Of a stretch of DNA of 64,000 bases, positions 18,878 through 29,318 are shown piece after piece. The notes under the pieces are model-generated. The model worked only from the letters and a program-made list of their open reading frames with translations, did no database searches and was not told where the DNA came from. The translations under genes and the position numbers were made by a program. Origin of the DNA: Patescibacteria group bacterium (GTDB lineage: Bacteria > Patescibacteriota > Minisyncoccia > UBA6257 > 2-01-FULL-56-20); the NCBI GenBank assembly GCA_028865305.1, contig JAGWKM010000002.1:3236-67235 (forward strand), in the 5' to 3' direction. How positions within the stretch are numbered: the first letter of the stretch is position 1; every line of letters starts with the position of its first letter.

Positions 18878-19681
18878 ATGCCAAAGAAAGCAGCTCCGAA
18901 AATCCGCCCGGCCTACCGCAATAAAGAGCTCATCGTCTTTGACCTTGATGGCACGTTGGCACCCAGCAAATCGATTGCCAGCAAGCCGATGATCCGGCTC
19001 ATCCTGAAATTGCTTGAAAAGAAAAAAATGGCAGTCATCGGCGGCGGTAAATATGAATTATTTCAACGACAGCTCACGGCGCAACTGCCGCATCACGATG
19101 GCCGCCTTCAAAACCTTTTCCTCTTCCCCACTACCTCGAATGCTTTTTACCGCTACCATGGCCAATGGCGGAACGTATACCAGCTCAAGCTGAGCAGAGC
19201 GGAAAAGAAACGCATCAAGAAAGAATTCGCAGCCGTACTCAAAGCCGTGCATTATACTCCGCCTAAAAAGATATACGGCGTCACACTCGAAGACCGAACC
19301 ACCCAGATGAGCTTTTCTCCGCTCGGCCAGGACATCGTGACCGCGCTCGGCAACAAAGGCATACGCTTAAAAGAACAATGGAACAGGGAGCATAATCCGC
19401 TCCGGCTGAAAATGGTGAAATTGCTTGCGCGGCGGCTCCCAGGCCTCGAAGTGCGCGCCGGCGGCCTTACTACGATTGATATCACCCGCAAGGGCATCGA
19501 TAAGGCCTACGGCGTCCGCCAGATCAAAAAAACCCTTAAAATCCCGATTTCCCGGATGCTGTTCGTTGGCGACGCGCTTTATAAAGGAGGCAACGACGCG
19601 GCCGTGAAAAAAACCGGCGTCGATTGGATGGCGGTAAAAAATCCGAAGGAAACCGAACAAATCATTCGACAATTGGTCTGA
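18878..19681 (+). CDS. HAD-IIB hydrolase (eukaryotic phosphomannomutase-like)
   Basis: FDLDGTL, EDR..QMSFSPLGQ, GGLTTIDIT, FVGDALYKGGND. Confidence 0.88.
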   Translation: MPKKAAPKIRPAYRNKELIVFDLDGTLAPSKSIASKPMIRLILKLLEKKKMAVIGGGKYELFQRQLTAQLPHHDGRLQNLFLFPTTSNAFYRYHGQWRNVYQLKLSRAEKKRIKKEFAAVLKAVHYTPPKKIYGVTLEDRTTQMSFSPLGQDIVTALGNKGIRLKEQWNREHNPLRLKMVKLLARRLPGLEVRAGGLTTIDITRKGIDKAYGVRQIKKTLKIPISRMLFVGDALYKGGNDAAVKKTGVDWMAVKNPKETEQIIRQLV

Positions 19682-19713
19682 TTTCTGGTAAATTCAGTTT
19701 GCCAATTTGCCAG

Positions 19714-19786
19714 GCCGATGTAGCTCAGCTGGTAGAGCAGGGCTTTCGTAAAGCCAAGGTCGCCGGTTCAAATCCGGCCATCGGCT
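19714..19786 (+). tRNA. tRNA-Thr(CGT)
   Basis: GCCGATG/CATCGGC acceptor, anticodon loop TTCGTAA, GGTTCAAATCC. Confidence 0.95.
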
Positions 19787-19950
19787 CAGATCAAAAAATT
19801 CCACGCGAGCGGAAGTTTTTGATTGAGCAAGACGATGGACGGATTTGAACGAAAGGAGGGCCGGAGGGAACGCGACCGGGTTCCCTCCGTATAGGAAGGC
19901 TCCGGAAACCGTTGGTTTCCGGAGCGCAGGCCTGTCCACAGGGCCGAGCA

Positions 19951-19974
19951 GTTCAACTCCGGCCATCGGCTCAG
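19951..19974 (+). repeat. Direct repeat of the tRNA-Thr 3' end (att-like)
   Basis: GTTCAACTCCGGCCATCGGCTCAG vs GTTCAAATCCGGCCATCGGCTCAG at 19766-19789. Confidence 0.9.
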
Positions 19975-20003
19975 TTCCGCCTTCGTAATGATATAATCAT
20001 AAT

Positions 20004-20678
20004 ATGGATCGGTCCTTGAATAACGGATTCACGCTCATTGAGCTCCTGGTAGTTTTGGGAGTCATCGCTATCCTTGCCACCGTTGTTGTTATAGTTTTAA
20101 ATCCTCTCGAATTGATCGCCGAAGCTCGCGACGGCCAACGGCTTTCCGATATGACAACTATGAATAAGGCGATAGCGCTTTATCTCGCCGATGCCGCCAA
20201 TCCGCATTTAGGAACGCCCGGGTTCGCTTATTTAGATTTCATGATTCCACGAGGGCCCTGCTATGATATGGTAAGCACGAGCGGCGTGTGGAGTAATAGC
20301 ATCGACACATGTTCGGCGCAAGATTGGTTCCCTACAGCTACAGGGAGCAATGGACTTTGGGATACGCCCTCAAGCACGGCCATTAACGGCACCGGCTGGA
20401 TTCCCATTGATTTTGCCGATATCAATAGCGGATCTCCCATTGATTTTGAACGTCTTGACCCCGTCCATCAGGCAGGCACCTGCAATGGTGCGTGGAATAG
20501 CGTAAATCTCTCCCAGTGCGCTCTTTTCTACAGCTATATCACCGATGGTACCCATTTCAAGCTTGCTGCATTTATGGAAAGCAGAAAATATTCCAATGGC
20601 GGACCACACGATGTTGAATCAAATGATGGCGGCGTGAATCCTTATGTACTCGAAACCGGAAACGATCTTAATTTATAG
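20004..20678 (+). CDS. Type IV pilin / prepilin-type N-terminal protein
   Basis: NG|FTLIELLVVLGVIAILATVVVIVLNP..ARDGQRLSD; Cys pairs. Confidence 0.93.
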   Translation: MDRSLNNGFTLIELLVVLGVIAILATVVVIVLNPLELIAEARDGQRLSDMTTMNKAIALYLADAANPHLGTPGFAYLDFMIPRGPCYDMVSTSGVWSNSIDTCSAQDWFPTATGSNGLWDTPSSTAINGTGWIPIDFADINSGSPIDFERLDPVHQAGTCNGAWNSVNLSQCALFYSYITDGTHFKLAAFMESRKYSNGGPHDVESNDGGVNPYVLETGNDLNL

Positions 20679-20720
20679 CGAGACCTAGACAAATAATCTT
20701 ATAAAATATATAATAAAAGC

Positions 20721-21227
20721 ATGAAAAATAAACTAATCTTTTCGGGGATCGTGGTCGGTTTGCTTGCCGCCACCCTTCCCGCACTCGCCGCCGTTCCGGG
20801 TGTCCAATTAGGCCACGGCGGCATTGGTCAAAAGGCCGGCGATACGACCGATTTCGGCGTAGCGATCTGCAATAATGGCGCCCAAACCGTTTCCGCGGTT
20901 CCCTTTGCGGTGACTCTCAATGGCAAGACTGTTGCGGCGACAGTAGACGGTCCTCTTTCAGCCAACTGCCAATACACGTACCTCACCTATAGCATCTTCG
21001 ACGTGACGGCCGGAAATACATATTCCGCAACGGTCGCCATTGATCCAAACCATATTCTCGGCACTGCAGCCGTAGCCGCACTGGCAACGTACACTATTAC
21101 TGTTCCCGTTGGCGGGCAGGTTCTCGGCGCAAGCGCAATCAGCGAATCCGAACGACAGAGCTTGCTTGCGCAGTTGGCCCAAATGACGGCTATCCTGCAA
21201 GGACTACTCGCCAAGCTGGGGTTGTAA
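20721..21227 (+). CDS. Secreted protein with a CARDB/Ig-like domain
   Basis: Signal peptide, ICNNG...VAIDPNH, C-terminal GQVLGAS and amphipathic helix. Confidence 0.7.
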   Translation: MKNKLIFSGIVVGLLAATLPALAAVPGVQLGHGGIGQKAGDTTDFGVAICNNGAQTVSAVPFAVTLNGKTVAATVDGPLSANCQYTYLTYSIFDVTAGNTYSATVAIDPNHILGTAAVAALATYTITVPVGGQVLGASAISESERQSLLAQLAQMTAILQGLLAKLGL

Positions 21228-21290
21228 TTGAAATTAAAATCAAAAAAACGCCCGCTTGAAAACGGGTGTTTTTTGCCGTAGAGTGGAAGT

Positions 21291-21488
21291 ATGGCGGAAC
21301 AATTCTCATTTGATTTTGAGAAAGGAGAAGAAAAGAAAAACACACCGACGGAGGAACCGCATGAATACCGCTTCGAGAATGAAGATGAGTGCCAATACTG
21401 CGGCGCGCCGTTCGAAAGCGAACGTTCGTGCAAATATTGCGCAAGCAACCCGACCAAAAAAGCGTTTTTGAAAAAACAGAAAAATTAA
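21291..21488 (+). CDS. Small Cys-rich (Zn-finger) protein
   Basis: CQYCG...CKYCA. Confidence 0.55.
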   Translation: MAEQFSFDFEKGEEKKNTPTEEPHEYRFENEDECQYCGAPFESERSCKYCASNPTKKAFLKKQKN

Positions 21489-21526
21489 ACCTGGATCCGC
21501 GCCGATCCGGCGGGACGAAAATCAAA

Positions 21527-22568
21527 ATGAAGGAAATCGAAAATCTCGAACAGTTAGCAGTTGAAGCCCGCCGACTTGGCGGGCGGCTTTGACCTAGAGG
21601 CGAAACGGGGGCGGATTGAGGAACTTGAGGCGGAAATGGCCGCGCCGGCCTTTTGGCAGGATCGCGAAGCGGCGGATGTAAAAATCCGCGAACATGGCGA
21701 GCTTTCGGAACTGGTGAAGCAATATGCCGAGCTGCAGGATGGCCTTGCGACATTGGAACAGCAATACGATGAGAATAAATTCCACGAACTAAAGAAGCAG
21801 TTTCGGGAATTCGAACTTTCCCAGCTTTTCACGGGCCCCTACGACGCGCAGGCGGCGGTCTTGACCGTTTATCCGGGTGTTGGCGGCGAAGATGCTGAAG
21901 ATTGGGCGCGCATGCTCGGCGTGATGTATGAAAATTATGCGAAGCGGCGCGGATGGAAACTGCGCGTCGTGGACGATAATCCCCGCTCGCGCGCTGTCGA
22001 GATCCAAGGCGCGCATGCGTACGGCTATCTGAAAAAAGAATCCGGCGTGCACCGCCTGGTGCGGATATCGCCCTTCGACGCCAAAAAGGCGCGGCATACG
22101 TCATTCGCGCTCGTCGAAGTCATCCCTGATTTACCGCCGCTTGAAGAATCTAAACTGGAAATCCCCGAAAAAGATTTGAAATTTGAGTTCTCGCGAGCGG
22201 GCGGGCCCGGCGGGCAGAATGTCAATAAAGTGGAGACGGCGGTGCGGGTGATCCATTTGCCGACCGGATTGGCAGTCGGTTCGCGAACGCAGCGATCGCA
22301 GCAGCAAAACCGGGAATATGCGCTCAAATTGTTGAAAGCAAAGCTGTTTCAGCTGATGGAAAAGGAAAAAGTGGACGAAGTCAGTAAACTGCGCGCGAAA
22401 GTGAAGCCGGAGTGGGGCAACCAGATCCGGTCGTACGTGTTGAATCCTTACCAGATGGTGAAGGACCACCGGACGGAAGCGGAAACAGCGCGGGTGGACG
22501 AAGTTCTCATGGGCGATTTGGATATTTTTATCGAGGCGGAATTGGAAAATTTGTCATCCCGGGCTTGA
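21527..22568 (+). CDS. prfB: Peptide chain release factor 2 with programmed +1 frameshift
   Basis: MKEIENLEQLAVEARRLGGRL, then CTT-TGA-C (21587-21593), then DLEAKRGR...; SPF anticodon mimic and GGQ motif. Confidence 0.96.
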
Positions 22569-22648
22569 ACCGGAATCCAGAAATCGCGTGAATCAATTTT
22601 GGCCGAATAAAAACGGCCTGGCGAAATAAATCACCAGGCCAAATGAAC

Positions 22649-23044
22649 TTACCACGGACGAGGATTTATACCTTCTCCTCCGCCGCAAACAAATGGCTGC
22701 AGCCGCTTTTCCCGAACCATGATGCGTTCGCGTATAATGTGCGCGAGCGCCCGCAGTTCGATGCCGGTGGCAGCATTATCATTCCATTCCATTTCATCCG
22801 CGTAAGATTCGAGTACAGTGGCGAGTCCTCTCGTCAACCGGGCCGGAGCTTCCCGTGAAAGCACAAAAAGAATATTGAACTTTAGAAGCTCAACCTCGTA
22901 CGGCGACTGGTCAATGCGAGCACCCATGTCGTCGAAAAAGGCCCTGATGAGCCTCTGTGTCGTTTTTGCAAGTTCGTCATGAAAAACCCGCCAGAGCTTT
23001 CTTCGTTCTGCGTGGGAAAATTTCGGGAGTTTCCGTGAATGCAT
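22649..23044 (-). CDS. Hypothetical protein
   Basis: ORF with GAGG RBS before the ATG at 23044; divergent promoter region. Confidence 0.5.
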   Translation of the reverse strand: MHSRKLPKFSHAERRKLWRVFHDELAKTTQRLIRAFFDDMGARIDQSPYEVELLKFNILFVLSREAPARLTRGLATVLESYADEMEWNDNAATGIELRALAHIIRERIMVREKRLQPFVCGGGEGINPRPW

Positions 23045-23146
23045 AACTTCCTCGCCCAACGATATGCTGACGATATAATAGCAAATACATTGACAAGGTC
23101 AAATTTATAATTCAATATTATGTACGGTATTTCAGAAAGATAGACA

Positions 23147-23380
23147 ATGCTCAAAATATGGCTGAAATGGCGGCTGCGGCGAAATACGGCAAAACTAGAG
23201 AGGGCATGCACCAGGCTTGAAATCCATGATGTACTCGCCCCTTGTCAACTCACCCGCGCGCCGCTCCACGACCAGGAATTATCCAAAGAGCGTCGCGAGC
23301 TCAACCGGCAGATAGATTTCCTGAATTGCAAAATAACAAAAATCAGGGAAGATCTCCGACGGTTGGGTGTTGTTCTTTAA
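23147..23380 (+). CDS. Hypothetical protein
   Basis: 77 aa; upstream TTGACA; terminator ATGGCGGCC..GGCGGCCAT-T run. Confidence 0.55.
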   Translation: MLKIWLKWRLRRNTAKLERACTRLEIHDVLAPCQLTRAPLHDQELSKERRELNRQIDFLNCKITKIREDLRRLGVVL

Positions 23381-23413
23381 ATCCTCATGGCGGCCCGCCA
23401 CGGCGGCCATTTT

Positions 23414-23623
23414 TTATACCAATCCAATCTTCTTTTCGAGCCGACCAATGCGGGTTTCGTGGTCGTCAACCGTAACACGCCAGTTTTTGACATCTCCCCT
23501 TAAATCCTCCATTTGCACTTCTAAATGGCTGATTCGCGATTCAACTTTATCAAACCTTTCATCCACTTTTTCAAAGCCATTATTCACCATCCGCGCTAAT
23601 TTTCCCAAGGTCATTTTCACCAT
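23414..23623 (-). CDS. Small coiled-coil protein (paralog of 10014-10409)
   Basis: MTLGKLARMVNNGF...RLEKKIGL; TTGACT-N16-TAAACT promoter just before the ATG. Confidence 0.75.
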   Translation of the reverse strand: MVKMTLGKLARMVNNGFEKVDERFDKVESRISHLEVQMEDLRGDVKNWRVTVDDHETRIGRLEKKIGLV

Positions 23624-23824
23624 AATTCCAGTTTAAAAATTCATTTTTGAAAGTCAAATTTTATTTAATCTTTTTTTAATGATTACATAATCTCTGGATC
23701 CCGGGTCAATCCTCGGAATGACACAACGTCAAACTTGGTGTAGTATATGAATAAAGCGGAATTAAACCGCTTTTGTATTGATTGGTGATTGATTGGCTAA
23801 TCGCTAATCGCTAATCGCTCATTT

Positions 23825-24514
23825 ATGATCGTTTTCCAGGGCGTTTCGAAGATTTATAAGAACGGCGAAACTTCTACGGCACTTGACGACACGACCTTCG
23901 AGATCGGCCCGGGCGAGTTTGTTTCTCTCTCGGGGCGCTCCGGCGCTGGCAAATCCACCATCATCCGGCTTTTGATCGGCGAGGAAAAACCGAGCAAGGG
24001 CCGCGTTTTTTTTGGCCAATACGAGGTGAACAAACTGAAGGATAATGAATTGCCGGCTTTTCGGCGGCATATTGGCGTCGTTTTCCAGGATTTCCGGCTC
24101 TTGCCGACCAAAACCGCCTATGAAAACGTAGCATTTGCGTTGGAAGTAGCCGGACGGCCGCAACGGGAGATCATGGAGCTTGTGCCGCAGGTGCTCGAAA
24201 TGGTTGGGCTTGGCGACAAGACAAAGAACTTTCCAAACCAGCTTTCCGGCGGCGAACGCCAGCGGGTTGCGATAGCGCGGGCGATGGTCCACCGGCCGGA
24301 GGTTATTATTGCGGACGAACCGACGGGCAACCTCGATCACTTCCATACGTTTGAAATCATCAAACTGCTCGAAAAGATCAACCAACTTGGCACCACGGTG
24401 CTCCTTGCAACGCACGACCGCGAAGTCATCAACTCCCTCGAGCGCCGCGTGATAACATTAGACAAGGGACGGATCATCCGCGACGAACCCAAGGGTAAAT
24501 ACATTCTCGTATAA
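23825..24514 (+). CDS. ftsE: Cell division ATP-binding protein FtsE
   Basis: [36 protein letters not shown]; upstream of ftsX. Confidence 0.95.
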   Translation: MIVFQGVSKIYKNGETSTALDDTTFEIGPGEFVSLSGRSGAGKSTIIRLLIGEEKPSKGRVFFGQYEVNKLKDNELPAFRRHIGVVFQDFRLLPTKTAYENVAFALEVAGRPQREIMELVPQVLEMVGLGDKTKNFPNQLSGGERQRVAIARAMVHRPEVIIADEPTGNLDHFHTFEIIKLLEKINQLGTTVLLATHDREVINSLERRVITLDKGRIIRDEPKGKYILV

Positions 24515-24545
24515 ATTCTAAATTTCTCATATTATTTCATTTCCA

Positions 24546-25454
24546 ATGTTTACAGTCATCTCAAGAATTTTCCATTTCGGCTTCAAGAATTTCTGGCGGA
24601 ACGGCTGGCTTTCGACGGTTACCGTGATCATCATGACCCTCGCGCTCTTTGTTTTCGTCGGCCTCATCCTTTTCAACGTCACGACCGGCGCGGCGGCGTC
24701 CTCGATTGAAAATAAAATAGATATCAGCGTTTATTTCAACACGAACACTCCCGAAGACCAGATCCTGAACATCCAGCAGTCGCTCCAATCCCTCCCGCAG
24801 GTGCAAAGCGTCGATTATATTTCCCGCGACCAGGCGCTCGCCATTTTCACCGAGACCCACGCAAACGACCCCACGATCAGCCAAGCCATTGGCGAGCTCG
24901 GCTCGAATCCGCTTGAAGCATCGCTCAGCATCAAGGCGAAAGATCCGAGCCAATACGGCACCATAGCCACCTATCTCTCATCCTCATCGCTTTCCCAGTA
25001 CATCGATTCGATCAGTTATACGCAAAACCAAGACATTATCGACCGTTTGGCGCGCATCGTAAAAGATGTTGAAATCGGCGGCTCTGTTGTTGCCCTCATC
25101 CTGACGCTTATCGCCGGACTCGTTGTTTTCAACACCATCCGCCTCGCAATCTATTCGAACCGCGAGGAAATCGGCGTCATGCGCGTCGTTGGCGCCTCGA
25201 ACAGCATGGCTCGCGGGCCGTATGTCGTCGAAGGCATACTTTGCGGCATTATTTCCTCCGTCGTGGCGCTTGCCATCATTGCGCCGGTCCTTTATTTCAT
25301 CAACCCCTACCTGAATGTCTTTATCCCGGGCCTCGAGCTTTTTCACTATTATTACACCCACATTTTGTCGATCTTCCTCTATGCGGTCCTCTTTAGCGCC
25401 ATCGTCGGCGGGCTCTCGAGCTTTATTGCGGTCAAAAGATATTTGAAAAACTAG
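24546..25454 (+). CDS. ftsX: Cell division permease FtsX
   Basis: NFWRNGWLS, NTIRLAIYSNREEIGVMRVVGAS, GPYVVEG. Confidence 0.95.
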   Translation: MFTVISRIFHFGFKNFWRNGWLSTVTVIIMTLALFVFVGLILFNVTTGAAASSIENKIDISVYFNTNTPEDQILNIQQSLQSLPQVQSVDYISRDQALAIFTETHANDPTISQAIGELGSNPLEASLSIKAKDPSQYGTIATYLSSSSLSQYIDSISYTQNQDIIDRLARIVKDVEIGGSVVALILTLIAGLVVFNTIRLAIYSNREEIGVMRVVGASNSMARGPYVVEGILCGIISSVVALAIIAPVLYFINPYLNVFIPGLELFHYYYTHILSIFLYAVLFSAIVGGLSSFIAVKRYLKN

Positions 25455-25710
25455 GAGGAGCAGGCGTTTGCGTTTAAAGCGGCGCAATCCTCATTACTTT
25501 TGCGGGGTCGAGAATCCACGCCGCCCGAAAAAACCGGTAAAACCGATGTTTTCTGCCGGTTTTTTTGTTCATAAATTTGTTAGAATTTTTTTATTTTTTG
25601 TTTAGGCGGAGTGTGGATAATATCAGTAACAAGCGGCCAGCAACCATGAGTAAGAGATAAAGCTATCCTCTGCTCCTGAATACTGTTTACCGGCTCCTTG
25701 TTGCTATTCC

Positions 25711-26436
25711 ATGCGCATCCTGCTTATCGAGGACGAGAAGGAAATTGCGAATTTTGTAGTAAACGGCTTGCGGGCTGAACGGTTTGCCGTGGATTGGGCC
25801 GACAGCGCCGAAAAAGGGCTCGCCTGGGCGCGGCTCAGTTCCTATGACCTTGGCATATTCGACGTCAAACTGCAGGGCGGGATAACCGGCATTGAGGCCT
25901 GCCGGCGGCTCCGCGAGCGAGGCATTGGATTCCCCATCATAATCCTCTCCGTGATGAATGACGCCATTACCAAAGTGAAAGCACTGAACCTCGGCGCGGA
26001 TGATTATCTCCAAAAACCGTTTTTCATGGCGGAACTCATTGCCCGCGTCCGGGCACTCCTTCGGCGCGAGAAAAAGACGGAAAATCCGGTGTTCAAAGTT
26101 GCCGATTTGATTCTGGACACCATCAAGCACACCGTTATCCGGGGCGATAAGCCCATTAAGCTTAACCGTAAAGAATTCAGCTTGCTCGAATATTTTATGC
26201 GGAACCAGGGAATCACCTTGACGCGCGCGATGATTTTGGAACACGTATGGGACGCCAACGCGGATCCATTTACAAACACGGTCGACGTGCATATCCGGTT
26301 TTTGCGGCAAAAAATCGATGATGGGTTTAAGGAAAAATTAATCAAAACCGTGCATGGATATGGGTATAAACTGGAGGCGAAACCGGACGGGCCGCAAACG
26401 GCAGGGACCGGAAAACGGCAAACGGCAAAACCATGA
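25711..26436 (+). CDS. OmpR-family response regulator
   Basis: MRILLIEDE, GADDYLQKPF, TNTVDVHIRFLRQKI, TVHGYGY. Confidence 0.95.
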   Translation: MRILLIEDEKEIANFVVNGLRAERFAVDWADSAEKGLAWARLSSYDLGIFDVKLQGGITGIEACRRLRERGIGFPIIILSVMNDAITKVKALNLGADDYLQKPFFMAELIARVRALLRREKKTENPVFKVADLILDTIKHTVIRGDKPIKLNRKEFSLLEYFMRNQGITLTRAMILEHVWDANADPFTNTVDVHIRFLRQKIDDGFKEKLIKTVHGYGYKLEAKPDGPQTAGTGKRQTAKP

Positions 26437-27200
26437 ACCCCGAATCATCTCAATCAAAATTTCTTGCTGACGCAGCGCACGAATTCCAGACGCCGCTTGC
26501 CATCCTGCGTATGAGCCTGGAAACCCTGCCAACCGGCCGGACGATGCGGGAGCGGCGCGCGCGGCAAGTTATGGAAGCGACGCTTGACCGCTTGAGCCGC
26601 CTGGTGAATGGTTTGCTTTTAGCCGCACGACTGAACCACGCCGAGAATTCGCTCGCGCGCGATGAATTGGACCTGCTGCGCCTTGTCGGCGAGACCTGCG
26701 AGGATTGCCTGATACTTGCCCAGAATAAAGGAATTGCACTCACCTACCCCGATCATACCCCCTCGCGCCCGGACGCATCGAGCTCTCTCCTTATATCCGG
26801 CGACCGCGACCGGCTGAAAGAAACCTTTTTAAATTTATTGAGCAACGCTTTCAAGCACACCCCGCCCGGCGGAAGAGTTTCCATCGATGTAAAAACCAAC
26901 GGTCGAATGGCGGAAATCTCAGTTGCCGATACCGGCTCGGGCATTTCCAGGGATAATTTGCCGAACATTTTTGAACGTTTTTACCGCATTAATGATGGAG
27001 CTCATCCCGGCATCGGCATCGGCCTCCATTTATCAAAACAAATCATCGAAGCGCATGGCGGAACTATAATTGCCGAAAGCGAACCCGGCCAAGGCGCGCG
27101 GTTCACTGTTCGGCTGCCGCTTGCTCGGGGAATCTCCGAAGGCGTCCTTCGTGCGGAAAGGCGCCCTCAATCCGAATCAGCCAAAGCCGTGTTACAATGA
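26433..27200 (+). CDS. Histidine kinase lacking sensor and TM domains
   Basis: HEFQTPL begins at residue 16; N, G1, F and G2 boxes present; ATGA overlap with the regulator. Confidence 0.9.
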   Translation: MNPESSQSKFLADAAHEFQTPLAILRMSLETLPTGRTMRERRARQVMEATLDRLSRLVNGLLLAARLNHAENSLARDELDLLRLVGETCEDCLILAQNKGIALTYPDHTPSRPDASSSLLISGDRDRLKETFLNLLSNAFKHTPPGGRVSIDVKTNGRMAEISVADTGSGISRDNLPNIFERFYRINDGAHPGIGIGLHLSKQIIEAHGGTIIAESEPGQGARFTVRLPLARGISEGVLRAERRPQSESAKAVLQ

Positions 27201-27204
27201 ACTT

Positions 27205-27963
27205 ATGGAACGAACCTATATTATGAACCAGCCAACGCTTTACACCCAGCATGATAACGATCTCGTGCTTGACGCTCCGAGGGAGAAGGAATACCGCATC
27301 AAGGACCTTCCTGCCGAGGAAAAGCCGCGGGAAAAACTCCTCAAATACGGACCCGGACACCTTTCGGCCGTTGAACTTTTCGCCGTACTTCTGAATGTCG
27401 GCACTATGAAAGAGGACGTGCTTTCCATGTCCCGGCGGCTCATCAAAGAATACGGGGACACCGGCATCGCAAACCAAAAAGATCCCAAAAAGCTCGAATC
27501 AATGCTCGGCATTCCGCTCGCGAAGGCCTGCCAAGTGGTGGCTTGTTTTGAACTCGGCCGGCGATTTTTTCAGTCGCCGACCCCGACGAAACCGGCTGCC
27601 ATTCGAACACCGAGCCAGGTTTTCGAATATCTCAAGGAAATGCGCGACCTGCCGAAAGAACATTTGCGCGGCATTTATCTCGACAGCCATTACCAGGTCA
27701 TCCATAACGAACTGATCTCGGTTGGCAGTTTGAATTCGAACATCATCCACCCGCGCGAAGTATTCCGGCCGGCGCTCGAGTTTTCCGCTTCGGCGATTAT
27801 CCTGGCGCACAATCATCCATCCGGCATCGCAAAAGCGAGCGAGCAGGATATCCTGATCACCCGCCAAATTATCGAAGCCGGAAAAATCCTCGGCATAAGC
27901 GTCTTGGACCACGTGATTATCGCAAAAGAAAATTTTGAAAGCGTCCCCGTGGAATATAATTGA
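27205..27963 (+). CDS. radC: RadC/JAB domain protein
   Basis: KPREKL, HPREVF, AHNHPSG, LDHVII. Confidence 0.94.
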   Translation: MERTYIMNQPTLYTQHDNDLVLDAPREKEYRIKDLPAEEKPREKLLKYGPGHLSAVELFAVLLNVGTMKEDVLSMSRRLIKEYGDTGIANQKDPKKLESMLGIPLAKACQVVACFELGRRFFQSPTPTKPAAIRTPSQVFEYLKEMRDLPKEHLRGIYLDSHYQVIHNELISVGSLNSNIIHPREVFRPALEFSASAIILAHNHPSGIAKASEQDILITRQIIEAGKILGISVLDHVIIAKENFESVPVEYN

Positions 27964-28273
27964 AGAATAATTCGTTTAATTTGCCGACCGCTTTTGAAGC
28001 GAATATTATTTTCCCAAAAATCCGGCCGACCGGAGCCCGGGGCATTCAATTTGCTTTTATATTTGCACCTTGCTAATTTTAAATTAGCTTCTTCACTATT
28101 CGGCGGGCGACGAAGGATGCGACTTCGCTCGCAAACGACCATTAATGCGGCATGCGGCCATGCCGCGTGATTTCAGAACTTCGCATCTTCTCCTTTGAAA
28201 GGGGGCGCTCCGGCGCCCCTTCTCTTTTTATTTGTAATTCTCCGCTTTTTGCGGCACAATAGGTGAAATAAAA

Positions 28274-28363
<90 letters not shown>

Positions 28364-28474
28364 GATGTCCAAGTTTGAACCGAAGAAAAATTAAGAGTTT
28401 TATGGAGGACGTGGACAAAATTGACATAGCGCAAATGCGATCGGGAATGGTTTAATTTTATCGGACGTTTTAGG

Positions 28475-29224
28475 ATGCTGGATTATCTTATAAGCCGCTT
28501 TAATTCGTTCACTCTTGGCTCGGATATTACCGCAGAGAATTTGAGACCTCAGATCAAAAGGAATTTCAAATATATCCCCGCTTCAAAAATTATCATTATT
28601 TGCCTGCCTGGTTGGGGCGGAAAATTAAATAAGTGGAAGTTTCTTGAGAAATATGCGAGCGGCTCACGCGCATCGTTTTTGGCTTATGAATTTCCTCGCG
28701 GGATTTTTTCCGACCAAAAAGACCGGACAAGGGAATTGTTTGAGGAAGTTAACACATTCGTAAGGGACGAAATTAAAAATTTAAAGGATAAATACAAATT
28801 TGAGAAATGCATTCTTGTTTGCATCAGTCTGGCCTCTTCTTATGGCTCATTGATTTATAAAGACAATCCCGATATCAATGAAATTATTCTTGTCGCTCCG
28901 GGTGAAGATATAGCGAAAGATATGTGGCATGGATGCCGAACCCAGCATTTCCGAAAATCGTATGAGAAGCAGGGATTTAATGAAGCGCAGCTGATTGAAG
29001 CTTGGAGCGGACTAGCTTCAAAAAACAATTTTCCCACCCGGGGAGCGAAGATAAAAATTTTGCTGGGAAGGAGCGACGGGGTCATACCTTATGAGTTCAG
29101 TCATGTATTGGTTGAAATTTATAAGCAATTTCGCTTAAATGTTGTCGAAAGAACATTTCCTCTTGGCCACTATTTTTTGATTTCGTATTTTTTGCTGTTG
29201 CCGGGGCATTTTTTGCAGTTATAA
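28475..29224 (+). CDS. Alpha/beta hydrolase-like protein
   Basis: CLPGWGG, CISLA (degenerate nucleophile elbow), GRSDGVIP, LGHY; low GC. Confidence 0.65.
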   Translation: MLDYLISRFNSFTLGSDITAENLRPQIKRNFKYIPASKIIIICLPGWGGKLNKWKFLEKYASGSRASFLAYEFPRGIFSDQKDRTRELFEEVNTFVRDEIKNLKDKYKFEKCILVCISLASSYGSLIYKDNPDINEIILVAPGEDIAKDMWHGCRTQHFRKSYEKQGFNEAQLIEAWSGLASKNNFPTRGAKIKILLGRSDGVIPYEFSHVLVEIYKQFRLNVVERTFPLGHYFLISYFLLLPGHFLQL

Positions 29225-29318
29225 TACTATTCAAACACCGTCTCGCGCTCTCCGCGGAGATATTTTATCGAGGAACCTCCGGACGAAACGGCAGCGCGAC
29301 CAGAATACATTATAATTT

